DNA of 64,000 nt from Heptranchias perlo (Eukaryota): NCBI RefSeq assembly GCF_035084215.1, contig NC_090339.1:49786001-49850000 (forward strand). Direction: 5' to 3'. Made by a program: the position numbers and the translations under genes. Below the pieces are notes generated by a model. That model worked only from the letters and a program-made list of their open reading frames with translations, was not told the DNA's origin and did not search any database. Of this stretch, positions 26,552 through 40,039 are shown piece by piece (positions within the stretch are counted from its first letter, which is position 1; every line of letters starts with the position of its first letter).

Positions 26552-29500
26552 CTGCAAAACAAAGAAGAGTGCTTTAAGATTGACATAGTTCTGTACACCA
26601 AACGAAACACAAATAAAGCTCTTCCATGCACAACAAAGCAATTGTTGTACCAATACAAAGATATTTACACTATTAGAGCTCAGAACAGCATCAAAAATAC
26701 ATTGTACAGAGTAACTTTTACACCCTGCATATAAACCAGTTTTATTATACCAGCAATGGAACACGACACATGGTACATGCAGAACAAATAATCGGGTGAC
26801 GTATTATAGCAAGTATAGCACGGAGTACTTAATTTCCTTTCCTATTGAAGGGCTCACTTACTGCTGTGTTATTCCACCAACAGGAAGGGGGAAAAAGGAA
26901 ACAGCCTCTTGCTTCTGAGCCAGAAATTGGGAAGTTTACTGTACGCACTGCATCTTGGTGCTGGGGAAGAGAGAAATCCTCCAACCTCACTCCACACACT
27001 GCATCGCCAGCTTCTAGATTCAAGTAGCTCATGTTCAACTTCCAAAAATAAAGGACGTGTTCCTGTCCCTTTCCCTCCTACTTTCTAGTTTCACTCCCAA
27101 CCTTCAGACTAATTTCCTCCAGTAAGCTCACCATCCAAGTTTCCCTTCTCAGCCCCATGGTCACTAACAATCAACTTCCTTTCTTCAGGTACCATTTCCA
27201 TCACTTTTAGAACTACCTTCTCCAGCCCCTCCCTTAAAAATCCAATCTTTTGACCACAGTCATTGCAAATAATTGCCCTTTTAGCTGCTATAATTTCCAC
27301 CCAACTATGCAAGTGACAGACTACAAGAGGTCTTGCTGTCTCTCCTAATCCTTCAACCTCTGCGTTCCTTCCACTCCCCACCTCCATAGCATTATTCTCG
27401 TGGTTCCTCTCCTGACTGTCCTACAATTCCTCAAGCGGTTTCCGCTTTTTAAACTCAAGGTCACCTGCAGTACGAATGCCATGGGAGGGGAAAAGAGACC
27501 AAGAACGTCATTCACAAGCAGAACCAGCTTTCAAATGTATTAAGTTTCCACCAATCATGAACACCTCTACCAGATCTCCTTTTAGCCTGAGAACCAGTTT
27601 CTCCCTATAACTAAAGCCACTCATTCCCAATATTAGAAAATCTCTTCTGCATGGCCTTGACATCCTTCCTAAAGTAGGGCAGCCAAAATGGGTCATAATA
27701 TTCTAACATTCGTAGAAAGAACTCAAACGGTCTTAAATCATAAGGAAACAGTTTCTCCTAGAATAGTATTGCAACTGATTTTAGAAAACAGTACATCAAT
27801 TTACCAGGCTTTATAACAATGTAGTACACATATTATGCCACACGTGCACAAACCAACAGAACCATAAACCCCGTAGGTAATGAATTCACTATATATGCCA
27901 AGAAAACCAAGCATATTTAAAGGACAGCAAGAAGTTTGGGTTAGTACCAATTCTGTTTAGTCTCCATCTATGTTATTGCGTCTTTTTAAAAAAAGATTAA
28001 GTGCTAGGAAATTTGTTTAAAGTTTCGTTGACTGCGTATTCTTCGATCGACTGTTTTATCAAACAATCTAGCTTAAGTATAACCAGTTTACTAAACTTTA
28101 CATTGAAAATCAAAGATCCTAGTGGTTTTAAGAACATAAAAGTTGTTGCCTTTACTCAAAAACAAGTTGCGGTGAGGCAAGCAAGCAAAAAAAAGTTAAT
28201 TTAATTTACCTACTGAAGAGAAGACAATGAAGTTTGTGCATTCTTAACTCCTAGCCCCCTTCTCAGTATTCTTTATTTGAAGGGATCCTGGGTAAGGATG
28301 CAAGATCTGTAGATATTAAATTGATCAGAGGTGATTCACCCTTGCCTGATATATCTGAAGGATGGAGTTAACTTTCAAACATACTTAGACTATTTTCATA
28401 GTGATCTTGAGTCACCAGCTCCTGTAGCTTAGGTTTCTACAAAGATGGCAGCTGGATTGTGCAATTTATTTTGGACTTTAAAAAAAGAAATTGCGTTTTC
28501 CCTGAGGGAGGCACGTGCAAAATCATAACAACTCTACTCCAGCCTGGCACATCACAACCAGTCTGCGTATGCGTGAAACGGTGGGAGAGCGAGTTAGTTT
28601 GTTCTCCCAGACGCAGCAATGTAAAAGCAACATTACTTGTTTAAAGAATAAGTTCAATTTGTCCAAAGCACAATCCCAAAAATTTATGGTTAGACACCAA
28701 GCAGGTCTTTGTACAGATTGAAGTATGTGAAAATTATATCAATTAATGAAATGAATCCTTCAGTTGATGTAAGTTTTACAGCCATCCCTAAAGTTGCTGT
28801 ATCTCTTCATTAAGAGAGTAGTGAACCAACAGCAATGGAAGGACAGATCTACATGAAAACACTAGCCATTCAAATTATTGCGATAAAGACCTCCTGGCTA
28901 ACTGGTTTCAAAAAGTGATTTTAGTGTTGACTTAGCATCTAGCTACAGGACCCTATTAGTTTACTTTACAAAATATTAACCATTTGCAGTGGCTATTTGA
29001 GAGAAAGATTAAGTGAGGGTATGTCACTCCCAGCATACAACTTTCAGTTATAAGCCAAGCTTCTTACTCAGTTGATAAAACTCACACCCAACTCAAAGTC
29101 TGTGAGGCAGAGATAAGCTAGCGTGGAGTTATTGTGTGCATGTTTTCAATAGAGCAGGTTATTTTTTTAAAAACTTGGGTTAAAAGAACTTAACGATTCC
29201 CCCCTTTCTCCCCTAGAAAGCAAGTTCTTCATCTCCAAAGTTGTTGGGGAGGGGGAAGAGGTGAGAAAGGAGAACTAACTATAAATATCCTCCTACACAA
29301 CTCAAGCATGGCCCCATGCTCTAGGTGGCCTAAGGAACCAGTACTGGCTTGCAGGGTGGATGAGCCCAACTGCTATCTTCAGTATACATAAAATGTGCAA
29401 GTAAATGGGTGGGAAGGAGGAGGAAAATGGTGTAGGGATACAATTTATATCATTATTTTGAAGCCAATCAAATGTCTGGCAAGAAGTTTAGCTCATGCTT

Positions 29501-29990
29501 AGGGGAAGACTATACTTTAATAGAAACACTGATCAAATTCACAAATTTCATTAATAATTGCTTAATTGTCTGAGGTAACCATCTGTACATACAAGTTCAG
29601 CGACAGAACAATTATCAGCTTCCCATGTTCAAAAGACATATATTAAAGAGTCATTGATGTTAAGCAAAATAGCTGGAAGCAATTCAGGTGAAATAAATAA
29701 ACATTCATCTGTATTAGGTGTCAGCCTTGGCTCAGTGGTAGCACACTCATCCGAGTCAGAAAGTTGTGGGTTCCAGTCCCACTCCAGGGATTTTAGCACA
29801 TAATCTAGGGTGACACTTCACTGCAGTACTTAGAGTGCTGCACGGTCAAAGGTGCCATCTTTCGGATGAGACGTTTAACCGAGGCCCCATCTGCCCTCTC
29901 AGGTGGGCACAAGAGATGCTATGGCACTATTTGAAGAGTAGGAGCACTAGAGTCCTGGCTAATGTTTATCTCTCAATCAACATTAAAAAG

Positions 29991-30610
29991 AGTCGCTGCG
30001 ACAATAGATGAACGGACACGGCGCAACAATTTCCAGACAGGAGGGTTCCCTCCCAGTCGGGGAACACTTCAGCAGTCAAGGACATTCAGCCACCGACCTT
30101 CGGGTAAGCATACTCCAAGGCGGCCTTCGAGACACACGACAACGCAAAATCGTCGAGCAGAAATTGATAAGCAAGTTCCGCACCCATGAGGACGGCCTCA
30201 ACCGGGATCTTGGGTTCATGTCACGTTACACGTAACCCCACCAGCGAACAAAAGTTATCTGTTTTTAATAGAACAGGTCATTTGCTGTCTTTCTCTTCCT
30301 TCTGGATGTTTCTGCCCCTCTTTTTTTTTTTGGTTGTTTGTATATTCGGTGGCCCTGTAGGTAACACCTGTCTGTCTGCACACTGATAGTCTTTCCAACT
30401 GCCCGTTGCCAAGGCAATCTGTAATCACCAGGTATTGATCTGTGATTTATAAATGCAAAGGGTTCGAGGATTTCATTTCCACATTCACCTGAGGAAGGAG
30501 GAAGCCTCCGAAAGCTTGTGAATTTCAAATAAAAATTGTTGGACTGTAACTTGGTGTTGTAAAATTGTTTACAATTGTCAACCTCAGTCCATCACCAGCA
30601 TCTCCACATC
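29991..30610 (+). mobile_element. Penelope-like element 3' fragment (C-terminal part of the GIY-YIG endonuclease region) with 15-bp TSD
   Basis: ORF 30008-30235 (PVGEHFSSQGH...EQKLISKFRTHEDGLNRD) is typical of PLE endonuclease C-termini. TSD ATCAACATTAAAAAG at 29976-29990 and 30611-30625. Confidence 0.85.
30483..30523 (+). ncRNA. Minimal type I hammerhead ribozyme motif in the Penelope 3' UTR
   Basis: ATTCAC-CTGAGGA-A-GGAGG-AAG-CCTCC-GAAA-GCTT-GTGAAT (6-bp stem I). Confidence 0.7.
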
Positions 30611-31339
30611 ATCAACATTAAAAAGCACAGTATATGGCCATTAGCTCACTGCTGCTTGAGGGACTTTGCTGTATGGAAATTGGTTGCCATTTTTCCCCAA
30701 CGTTTCTTCAAAAGTACTGTATTGGCAGTAAAGCACTTTGGGGCGTCCTGAGGTCATGCAAGGCGCTTCAGGCCAAAATAATCTCCTGCTCACCACCTAC
30801 AACCAATGTATCAGTTGAGCACCACTTGAAGGAAGTACTATAAATGCAAGTTCTATTTCTTTTTCGGGCCTTGTGTTGACTTTTAATTTTAGATTCCAGG
30901 AATCCATAGACTGGCAGCAGAGTTGTAGACCAAGGTAAATCCAGGAAGTGGGAAGTACTTATGCAGATTTACATTTGTGGCTGGGTTTTAATACAGTCCA
31001 TGAAGGGACCATTGGATACATGATGGTTCTTTAATATTTTAAATGGCAACCTCATTGCTGGCTTTCATTTTTTGGAAATAGGGTAAAGCTTTAGTGATGG
31101 ATCATATGGTTCATTTCAACTGTTGTACAAGTTACTCTGAGCTGGGTATTAGCCACTTCAGCACAGTTGGCTGTGCAAAGTCTTCAACATCTGTAGCCCG
31201 GTATTAAGCTGGAAGAGGTATCCCACAGGTAAGTCAAGCAACAGCCTGATACTTGTGATCAGTCAAATTCATAAGACTCCCATCACCATCCTGGGTCATG
31301 TCCTGTCCCACTGGCTGGCTTGGGGGGGGTGGGGGAAAG

Positions 31340-32310
31340 CCATAGCACAGTAGTATATAATCAGGCAGGCATAGCCCTGGGAATCCTCAACATTGACTCT
31401 GGACTCCATTAAGTCTTATAGCTTCAGGCCAAAATATGGCCAAGATAATCTCCTGCTCACCACCTACAACCAATGTATCAGTTGAGCACCATTTGAAGGA
31501 AGTACTAAGGGAAGGGAAGCAAAGGCACAGAATGTACTCTGGATGGGATTCTTCAGTGTCCACATGGCTTGTTAGAACATGATGCCAGACTGGTTGTGTG
31601 GTAGGTGAAGGAACCAACATGAGGGAGTAACCTACTCAAACGTGCCCTCACCAACCTATAGCTGTAGACAGACACTTTTCCACAATAGCATTGATAGGGG
31701 TGCCAACAGTCCCCTAGAAGAAAATCTTTTTAGCAAGGAGACCCTTGAGGTCATTTGTGCCTAACCCTCAACAGCATCACCAGTGCCCTACCAACATCTT
31801 GGGGGTCACTAGAGACCAGAATTTTAACTGAACCAGCCACATCAACAGCATGGCTGCATGAACAGAGCAGAAACTGACCACTCACGTCAGGAGCGTTAAT
31901 GGAGAAAACTCAACTCACCTGGATGGGTGCAGCTATAACAAGTTCAATGCCCCCACCACTGGACTCAATTCCCATCCCCTTCACCACTGTGGTAGCAGTG
32001 TGCACTGCAGCTTGCCAAACTTGCTTCAACAGCATCTCTAGGCGTTGCAGCTGCTACTATTAAGGATAAGAGCAGTAATATCAGGGGAACACCATCACAT
32101 CCAAGTCACACACCATCCTGATATATACTACTACCATTCCTTCTTTGTCACGGAGTCAAAATCCTGGAATTCCTACATAACCCCATTGTGGGAATATCAA
32201 CATAAGGACTGGAGCAGTTCAAGAAAAAGGTCAACTACCACCTTCCTCAGGGCAACTTGAGGCCAGCAATAAATGTAGCCTTGTCAGCATTATCCACATC
32301 CCAAGAATCA
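31340..32310 (+). mobile_element. Old, internally deleted family-B LINE
   Basis: Segments resemble the endonuclease region (60127-60600, reverse complement) and 3' end (40760-41030) of the same family. Confidence 0.65.
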
Positions 32311-35300
32311 TGAACTAGAGTATAGTTAACAGCTCTCAAGATAAACAGCAAATGTACATTAATACAAGATAATCTTTTAAATATTCATGCCTCCTGTGTA
32401 TAAAAACCCAGTTTTCTAAAAAAATTAACAAATGCTGAATCAAATCCATAGGATAGTAGCAGAATGGGATTCAAAGTTAAGGATGCACAAATATGCAGTT
32501 GTCCCATTCAAAGAAGACTGATGTGGGCTTATATTTTACATATAAAAGCCCACACCAGTCTCTGCTGAATGGGCAAACTCTGCAAATCACACACACAGGA
32601 CTACAGTCACCAGTCAGATCAGTACTGCTTCTACCATTGCTAAATGTGCAAGTGCACCACTGTTTTAATCCCTATATTCATAATGGAATGAGGGTAAACC
32701 CTATTTTTCCACAGGCAGACTGCAAAGCCTGTGCACATTCTCTCACTGCAGTTCAGAAAATTTATGTAGAAACAGAAATCACTGGAAATACACATTTCAG
32801 TGAACATCCAAAGGACAACAGGTTAACATTTCAAGTGCATTCTCTTCAGAACTGCACAAGAATAGTAAGCCACTTCATAGGATGCAAAGACAGACAGATA
32901 CTCCAACTGAAGGATGAACACCCAGCAAATTTGAACAGAAAAGCAGAAATCAGTTAAATGATATAAAAAAAGACAATTATTGCAAGGCAAAGAGGCATTA
33001 GAAGAGAATGTGCAAATAACCAAGATGGTAAAAGCACAAACTACGTATGAGGTCTGAAATGAAAACAGGTAAGGACTGGAAACAGTGAAGTCCACCAGTT
33101 CTGGGGCAAAAAAAAACAGACCAACACCCTAGCAACTGACCACCCACTCCCACCACAGCTGTGCCTCAAAAGGGCCCATGCCTGAAGCATCAACTCACCT
33201 CCCATCCACCTGGACCCCTACACACCCACTCTACGTCCCCTGGGTGATGGCTAAGGTCTAAAGTTATTGAACTCTTTGTCCAAGAGAAATATGAATTCTT
33301 TTTATTATAAAATGTTCATAGATCTTTCCATTTCTACTCACAGTATTACAAGTCTTTACTCATGGGACTCTCCACAAGAGTAACTTTTTTGAAAAAATTA
33401 CATCATACCATAGACCAAAGATATCTAAACTGTAACTCATGAGGCACATGCAGCCCCTGCCCTAAGTCCATGCAATGCAGATGTAAACTATTATTTGCAC
33501 ATATTCCTCATTTGGCCTTTAATTTTGTAGGCCTGGAGATTTTGCCTCAGTGATAGATAAAGCCTAGCGCAGAACACCAAGATATGTTAGTATTAGCAAC
33601 TAGAGATGTGTAAATTAATGTAAATATAGATTTTAAACACTATGTATGTGTCCCTCTCTCTTTCCTTCCCCCCCCCCAAAGCAAGCATGCTCTACTCCTG
33701 CCATACACTGCACGCTCCAACAAAGCAGGCAAACACACACCTCCAACAGCATCTTGGGCTAAACTTTTCATCCACGAGAGGTTGAAGGAAGGTAAAACAA
33801 GCATCCACCATTCCGCCAACTGGGAGCCATAGACTCAGGGAAGTAAAAAAAAGTGAAAATCATTTGTTTTAGTTACTGCTAACATCAACTAGTTTACATG
33901 CTTTGAGTAAATCAGAGTTTTTTTTTTAAGTGTTTGTCCAGCTTGATAACACAGGAAACAGGAAGGATATCCACAACAAAAGGGAGGAAGTTAAGTCTAA
34001 ACATAATTGAGCATGTCAAAAGATTTTTCCTTATACAACAACATCCCATTGATCCATGAAATGATTAGCTTGACAGTAAGCTACCTGGATCTAGGAGTCA
34101 TTCCTAACTCAAGTATCTAAAACTAAAGCTTTTCTTAATCCTTCTGCTGCCAAATAAACTATCACCATAGAATACAGTAACTAGAGCTTTGAAATAGTAA
34201 GTCAACTGTTGAACGTTTTTTTAAAAAAAGGGTAAACTGGACATTTGGAAACATTTTTACTTGATTGGGTCACTGGTTACGAAATTACACTGAAAGTATC
34301 AATTAATCAATGTATTAACACTACTCCAAATGAGGCTAGTATATTTGGTGACTGAGCAACGATGGGAGTACAGCTACCCCAAGACCAGTAAATGAATGGT
34401 TTCTAACAGAAACACATACTCTCACCTGTGTTTAATATACAAGTACACTTAATTATGTTAGACTCAAGTATTTTATAATAATTTTTTGTAAATGACTGTG
34501 CCTTGGGGCTCAAAATGGCAGGATCAAAGTATCAACTGCTGGCTCAGCTAATGAAGCCAGTATTCACATGGTCTTCAATGTGAGGCAACCAGGACAAGCA
34601 AGTGCACAGTAATACTACATTTATGTCATGCAGCTGCTTGCTATCAATATAAAAAAGTTTTCATTTTAAAATATTGTCAACAGCTTAGATTTCTACAGTG
34701 CTCATTACATAAAAGGACATCTTATAGCACTTTACAGGGTGGTAGATAGCAAGTGCACAGGCCAGGGAGAAGTTTGGATTAGCAGGAAGCAAAAACAGAA
34801 CAAAGACGACATTTTTGAAGGCAGGAGGGAGGAGGTAAGCTGGAATGAGTTTCAGGGGGTAGCAGCTAGGTGGCTGAAGAAATCACTTTCAATCATGGAG
34901 CAGAGAACAGGAAACAGGCTGGTGTTAGTCCAGAGTGTTCGTACAGGAATATTTTATTTAAACTTGGAGCAAGTCAAGCAGAAGTGCCAAAATTCTGTAA
35001 TACTCGTAATTTAGATCCAAATGGTCCTTATTTAGGAAAGATACTTTAGAATGTGTGTCTCATCATGATGAATATCAGTTCTACTATGGGTTGGATCAGA
35101 CACTGCCCCAACAGACTTTGCGACATCCCAATTTCCACTAATTCTTGTACATAGTTTTGTTTGGATGCCTGACACCCACTAGGAAGTGAGTTAAAACTGC
35201 CCCCAAGTATATTTTATGGAGAAGACCTATAGTCAAAAGATGAACAGGGTTTTCACCTCTTCATTCCAGATTGAATCCCAGTTTAGGTCTCAATGTTGAA

Positions 35301-35339
35301 GACCCTGTGATAACCAACTAGTGTCATAACGTGGTTTCA

Positions 35340-38300
35340 AGATCATAAAAATTTATGGCACAGGAGGCCATTCGGCCCATCGCGTCAGTGCCAGCCGAAA
35401 AGAGCTATCCAGCCTAATCCCCCTTTCCAGCTCTTGGTCTGTAGCCTTGTAGGTTACGGCACTTCAAGTGCATATCCAAGCACTTTTTAAATGTGATGTG
35501 GGTTTCTGCCTCTACCACCTTTTCAGGCAGTGAGTTCCAGACCCTCACCACCCTCTGGGTGAAAACATCTCAACGCCCCTCTAATCTTTCTACCAATCAC
35601 TTTAAATCTATGCCCCCTGGTTATTAACCCCTCTGCTAAGGGAAATAGGTCCTTCCTATCCAATCCATCTAGGTCCCTCATAATTTTATACACCTCAACT
35701 AAATCTCCCCTCAGCCTCCTCTGTTCCAAAGAAAACAACCCCAGGCTATCCAATCTTTCCTCAGAGCTAAAATTCTCCAGTCCTAGCAACATCCTCATAA
35801 ATCTCCTCTGTACCCTCTCTAGTGCAATCACATTTTTCCTGTAATGCAGTGACTAGAACTGTACACAGTACTCTAGCTGTGGCCGAACCAATGTTTTACA
35901 TAGTTTTAGCATAACCTCGCTGCTCTTATATTCTATGCCTCAGCTAAAGGAAACATAGAAAATAGGAGGATGGGCCATTCGGCCCTTCGAGCCTGCTCTG
36001 CCATTCAGTATGATCATGGCTGATCCTCTATCTCAATACCATATTCCCGCTCTCTCCCCATACCCCTTGATGCCTTTTGTGTCTAGAAATCTATCTAGCT
36101 CCTTCTTAAATATATTCAGTGACTTGGCCTCTGCAGCCTTCTGTGGTAGGGAATTCCACAGGTTCACCACCATTTGAGTGAAGAAATTTCTCCTCAATTC
36201 AATCCTAAATGTCCTACCCCGTATCCAGAGACTGTGACCCCTTGTTCTGGACCCCCTCCACCCCCGCCAGGGGAAACATCCTCCCTGCATCCAATCTGTC
36301 TAGCCCTGTCAGAATTTTATATGATTCAATGAGATCCTCTCTCATTCTTCTAAACTCTAATGAATACAGGCCGAGTCAACCCAATCTCTACTCATATGAC
36401 AGTCTTGCCATCCCAGGAATCAGTCTGGTGAACCTTCACTGCACTCCCTCTAGGTAAGGAGACCAAAACTGCACACAATACTCCAGGTTTGGTCTCCCCA
36501 AGGCCCTGTATAACTGCAGTAAGACATCCTTGCTCCTGTACTCAAATCCTCTGGCAATGAAGGCCAACATACCATTTGCCTTCCTAACTGCTTGCTGCAC
36601 CTGCATGTTTGCTTTCAGTGACTGGTGTACAAGGACACCCAGGTCCTTTTGTACATCAGCATTTCCCAATCTATCACCATTTAAATAATACTCTGCCTTT
36701 CTGTTTTTCCTTCCAATGTGGATAACTTCATATTTATCCATATTATACTACATCTGCCATGTATTTGCCCACTCACTCAACTTGTCTAAAATCACCTTGA
36801 AGCCTCTTTGCATCCTCCTCACAATCCCACCTAGTTTTGTGTCGTCAGCAAACTTGGAAATATTACATTTGGTTCCCTCATCCAAATCATTGATATATTG
36901 TGAACAGCTGGGGTCCAAGCACTGATCCCTGCGGTACCCCACTAGTCACTGCCTGCCATCCCGAAAAAGACCCATTTATTCCTACTGTTTCCTGTCTGTT
37001 AACCAATTTTCAATCCATGCCAGTATATTATCCCCAATACCAAGTGTTTTAATTTTGCACACCAACCTCTTATGTGGGACTTAATCAAAGGCCTTCAGAA
37101 AATCTAAATCACCACATCCACTGGTTCTCCCTTATCTATTCTACCAGTTACATCCTCAAAAATATTCCAGTAGCTATGTCAAATACGATTTCCCTTTCAT
37201 AAATCCATGTTGACTTTGTCTAATGCCACTGATATTTTCTATGTGTCCTGTTATCACATCTTTTATAATAGACTCTAGCTTTTTCCCTACTGAAGTTAGG
37301 CTAACTGTGCCTTCCTAACGACCTTATCTACCTGTCCTGCCACCTTCAGGGATCTGTGAACATGTGCTCCAAGGTCCCTCTGTTCCTCTACACTTCTCAG
37401 CATCCTCCCATTTATTGTGTATTCCCTTGCCTTGTTGGCCCTCCCCAAATGCATTATCTCACACTTCTCCAGATTGAATTCCATTTGCCACTTTTCTGCC
37501 CACCTGACCAGTCCATTGATATCTTCCTGCAGCCTACAGCTTTCCTCCTCACTATCAACCACACTGCCAATTTTTGTATCATCTGCAAACTTCTTAACCA
37601 TGCCTCCTACATTTAAGTCTAAATCATTGATACATACCACGAAAAACAAGGGACCTAGTACTGAGCCCTGCGGAACCCCACTGGAAACAGCCTTCCAGTC
37701 ACAAAAACACCCGACCATTAACCTTTGCTTCCTGCCACAGCCAATTTTAGACCACTGTCCCTTGGCTCCCATGGACTTCTACTTTTCTGACCAGTCTGCC
37801 ATGTGGGACCTTGTCAAAAACCTTGCTAAAAATCCATGTAGACTACATCAAACGCACTACCCTCATTGAATCTCCTTAAAAAATGTAATCAAGTTAGTCA
37901 GACACGACCTTCCCTTAACAACGCAGACTGTCCTTGATTAATCCATGCCTTCCTAAATGATGATTTATACTGTCCCTCAGAATTGTTTCCAATAATTAGC
38001 CCACCACCAAGGTTACTGACTGGCCTGTAATTACTCAGTCTATCCCTTTTTAAACAACGGTACATTAGCAGTCCTCTAGTACCACACATGTAAATGATGG
38101 TCAGAACCTCTGCTATGTCCTTCTCTTAACAGCTTGGGATATATTTCATTTGGGCCTGGTGACTTATCTACTTTCAAAGATGCTGGACGACTTAATCTTT
38201 TCTCTCTCACTATGTTTATCCCATCCAATATTTCACACTCCTCCTCAACTACAATGTCTGCATCGTCCCCCTCTTTCACGAAGACAGACGCAAAGTATTC

Positions 38301-38455
38301 ATCAAGTACCATACCCATGTTTCCACCTCCACATACAGGTTATCTTTTTGGTCTCTAATAGGCCCTACTCTTTCCTTAGTTATCCTCTTGCTCTTTATGT
38401 ATTCATAAAACATTTTTGGGTTTGCCTTGATTTTACTTGCCAATATTTTTTCAAT
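35340..38455 (-). mobile_element. CR1 LINE with a second CR1 subfamily copy nested at about 35955-37305
   Basis: RT remnants GVPQGSVLGP, FADDTKI and LEQRRLRGDL. A second 3' end (CATAGAAAATAGGAG) starts at about 35954, and the outer element resumes at about 37306. Confidence 0.88.
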
Positions 38456-40039
38456 ATGGCAGATAACTGCTGCAGAATGTTGAGAAACAGCTCAAGATAT
38501 AATGGAACTATTAAAAAGGACATCACAAGCAAAAAAAAGTCATTGTTTATATAGCTAACAGTCCCATCCACAGTTCAACTGGTAGATCCACTGCCTCCTG
38601 TAGAATATTAAGCAATACAGATGAGAAGGTTTTAGGTTTAATCCCAGTCTGTGGTGTGTTATCTGCTTGCTGGAAATGTGAAAGACACTGGATAAAGTAA
38701 TGAAAAGCCGCTGGGACCTTTGGACCAATACAAGTTACCATCCTCAGGGGAAAAAAGGTTGGAAAAAACACCAACAAGAATACCTTTGTATTCTCACGTG
38801 TGATACAGACTATGAAACATCTCTCCAATATTAATCCTACTGTCCTTCATAATCACCAGCATAAATATTTAGGGCATATGGATCTCATCAACTGGAGGTA
38901 GAGCGCTAACTTAAATATTTAAAGTTGAAACTGAAGTGGTTTCTTAAACATTAGCTGCTGCTCACCATTGGTCCTGGCGGAGTTGTTGCCAGTTAGGTTT
39001 AGTCTGCTCAGCAAACAAAATCACGTGGGATTTAAGGCCAATCTGTTCTAAAGTCCTTGTTTTTTTAAAAAAAACACTACAAACATTTTGCTAAGTATGC
39101 AATACTGTTCAGATTTGGGTGAAGAAAATTTGCACCATTTCATGAGAACTTACTGTAAAATGCAGGGCATACATTGTACCTCAATAGCTCCCTCACCACC
39201 CCCACTGAGCAGATCTAAGCCCTAGTATCATGTGTGCCTTTTTATTTAAAAAGTAGTGGATGTGAGCATGTTGATTTAATGTTTTTCCAAATGACATTTA
39301 TGGCACTTTCCACAACATCTGAATATTTGGTGCCACGGCTGTTTAGAATCGATGAAATTAAAATGCAACATCACATTGGACAAGCAGATATCTCTGACCT
39401 AGCCAGATCAATATTTCCAGTATTTTTTTATAATTCAAAAATTTTTTTTATTTTTTTTTTAAAAAGGGTACATTTTACCTTCAACACTCCAAAAGGGTTA
39501 TATAAATTTGTTAGCTGTTCTACCAATCCAGATACTTAGTAGCTGGCCTATTATATCGTCTGCTGCCTGATGAAACAGGATCACTGGTGTGGTCGTCTCA
39601 GCACCACCCTAATTGAAAGTGTTGGCTCTAGTAAAGAAGCAGGAATGCTACTTTGGTGGAAGTGGTCGAAAGTTTCTCTGAAGATTCTTGCTATCAATTA
39701 CAATTTTGGCTAAAAATAATTTTCCACAAAATTAGTCAATCATTCATGTCATTGCATATGGGAAGTCAAGACCAGTGCAGTATTCAGGACAAGCAGGGTT
39801 AGAGGCCTTTTTGGGCAGGGTGGGGGGGGGGGGGGGTGACAGAGGAAAGAGAAAGTTAACTTGGCAAGGAGCTGGGAGCTATGGTGAGTGCCCTTTCCGA
39901 GAGATTTGCTTGATTTTATTGTGAGGGTGGGGGTTTAACTGCCCTATCCTCGATTGCCTCAGTAGGAAGAAGAGGAGAAAGCAGGGGCCATCACAGATAT
40001 ACAGTGAAGAGGCACAAGGTTCTTGACAATAGGCCAATC

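Larger units (their letters stand above)
29718..30855 (+). mobile_element. tRNA-headed Deu-domain SINE (SacSINE1/AmnSINE-like), interrupted by two insertions
   Basis: A box TGGCTCAGTGG and B box GGTTCCAGTCC; central GGTGCCATCTTTCGGATGAGACGTTTAACCGAGGCCCC resembling the Deu domain (from memory); L2-type tail AGGCGCT...ATAAATGCAAG. Confidence 0.7.

Noticed and set aside
27700-28200. Slightly CpG-enriched AT-rich intronic stretch with a 67-aa ORF
   Set aside because: No convincing stems, splice signals or protein motif found by eye.
29722-29790. tRNA gene
   Set aside because: A/B boxes run into a SINE body with no cloverleaf or terminator, so it is a SINE head. The same applies to 61150-61225.
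32493-32957. 154-aa + strand ORF in SNX12 intron 1
   Set aside because: No recognisable domain, and it overlaps decayed repeat sequence.
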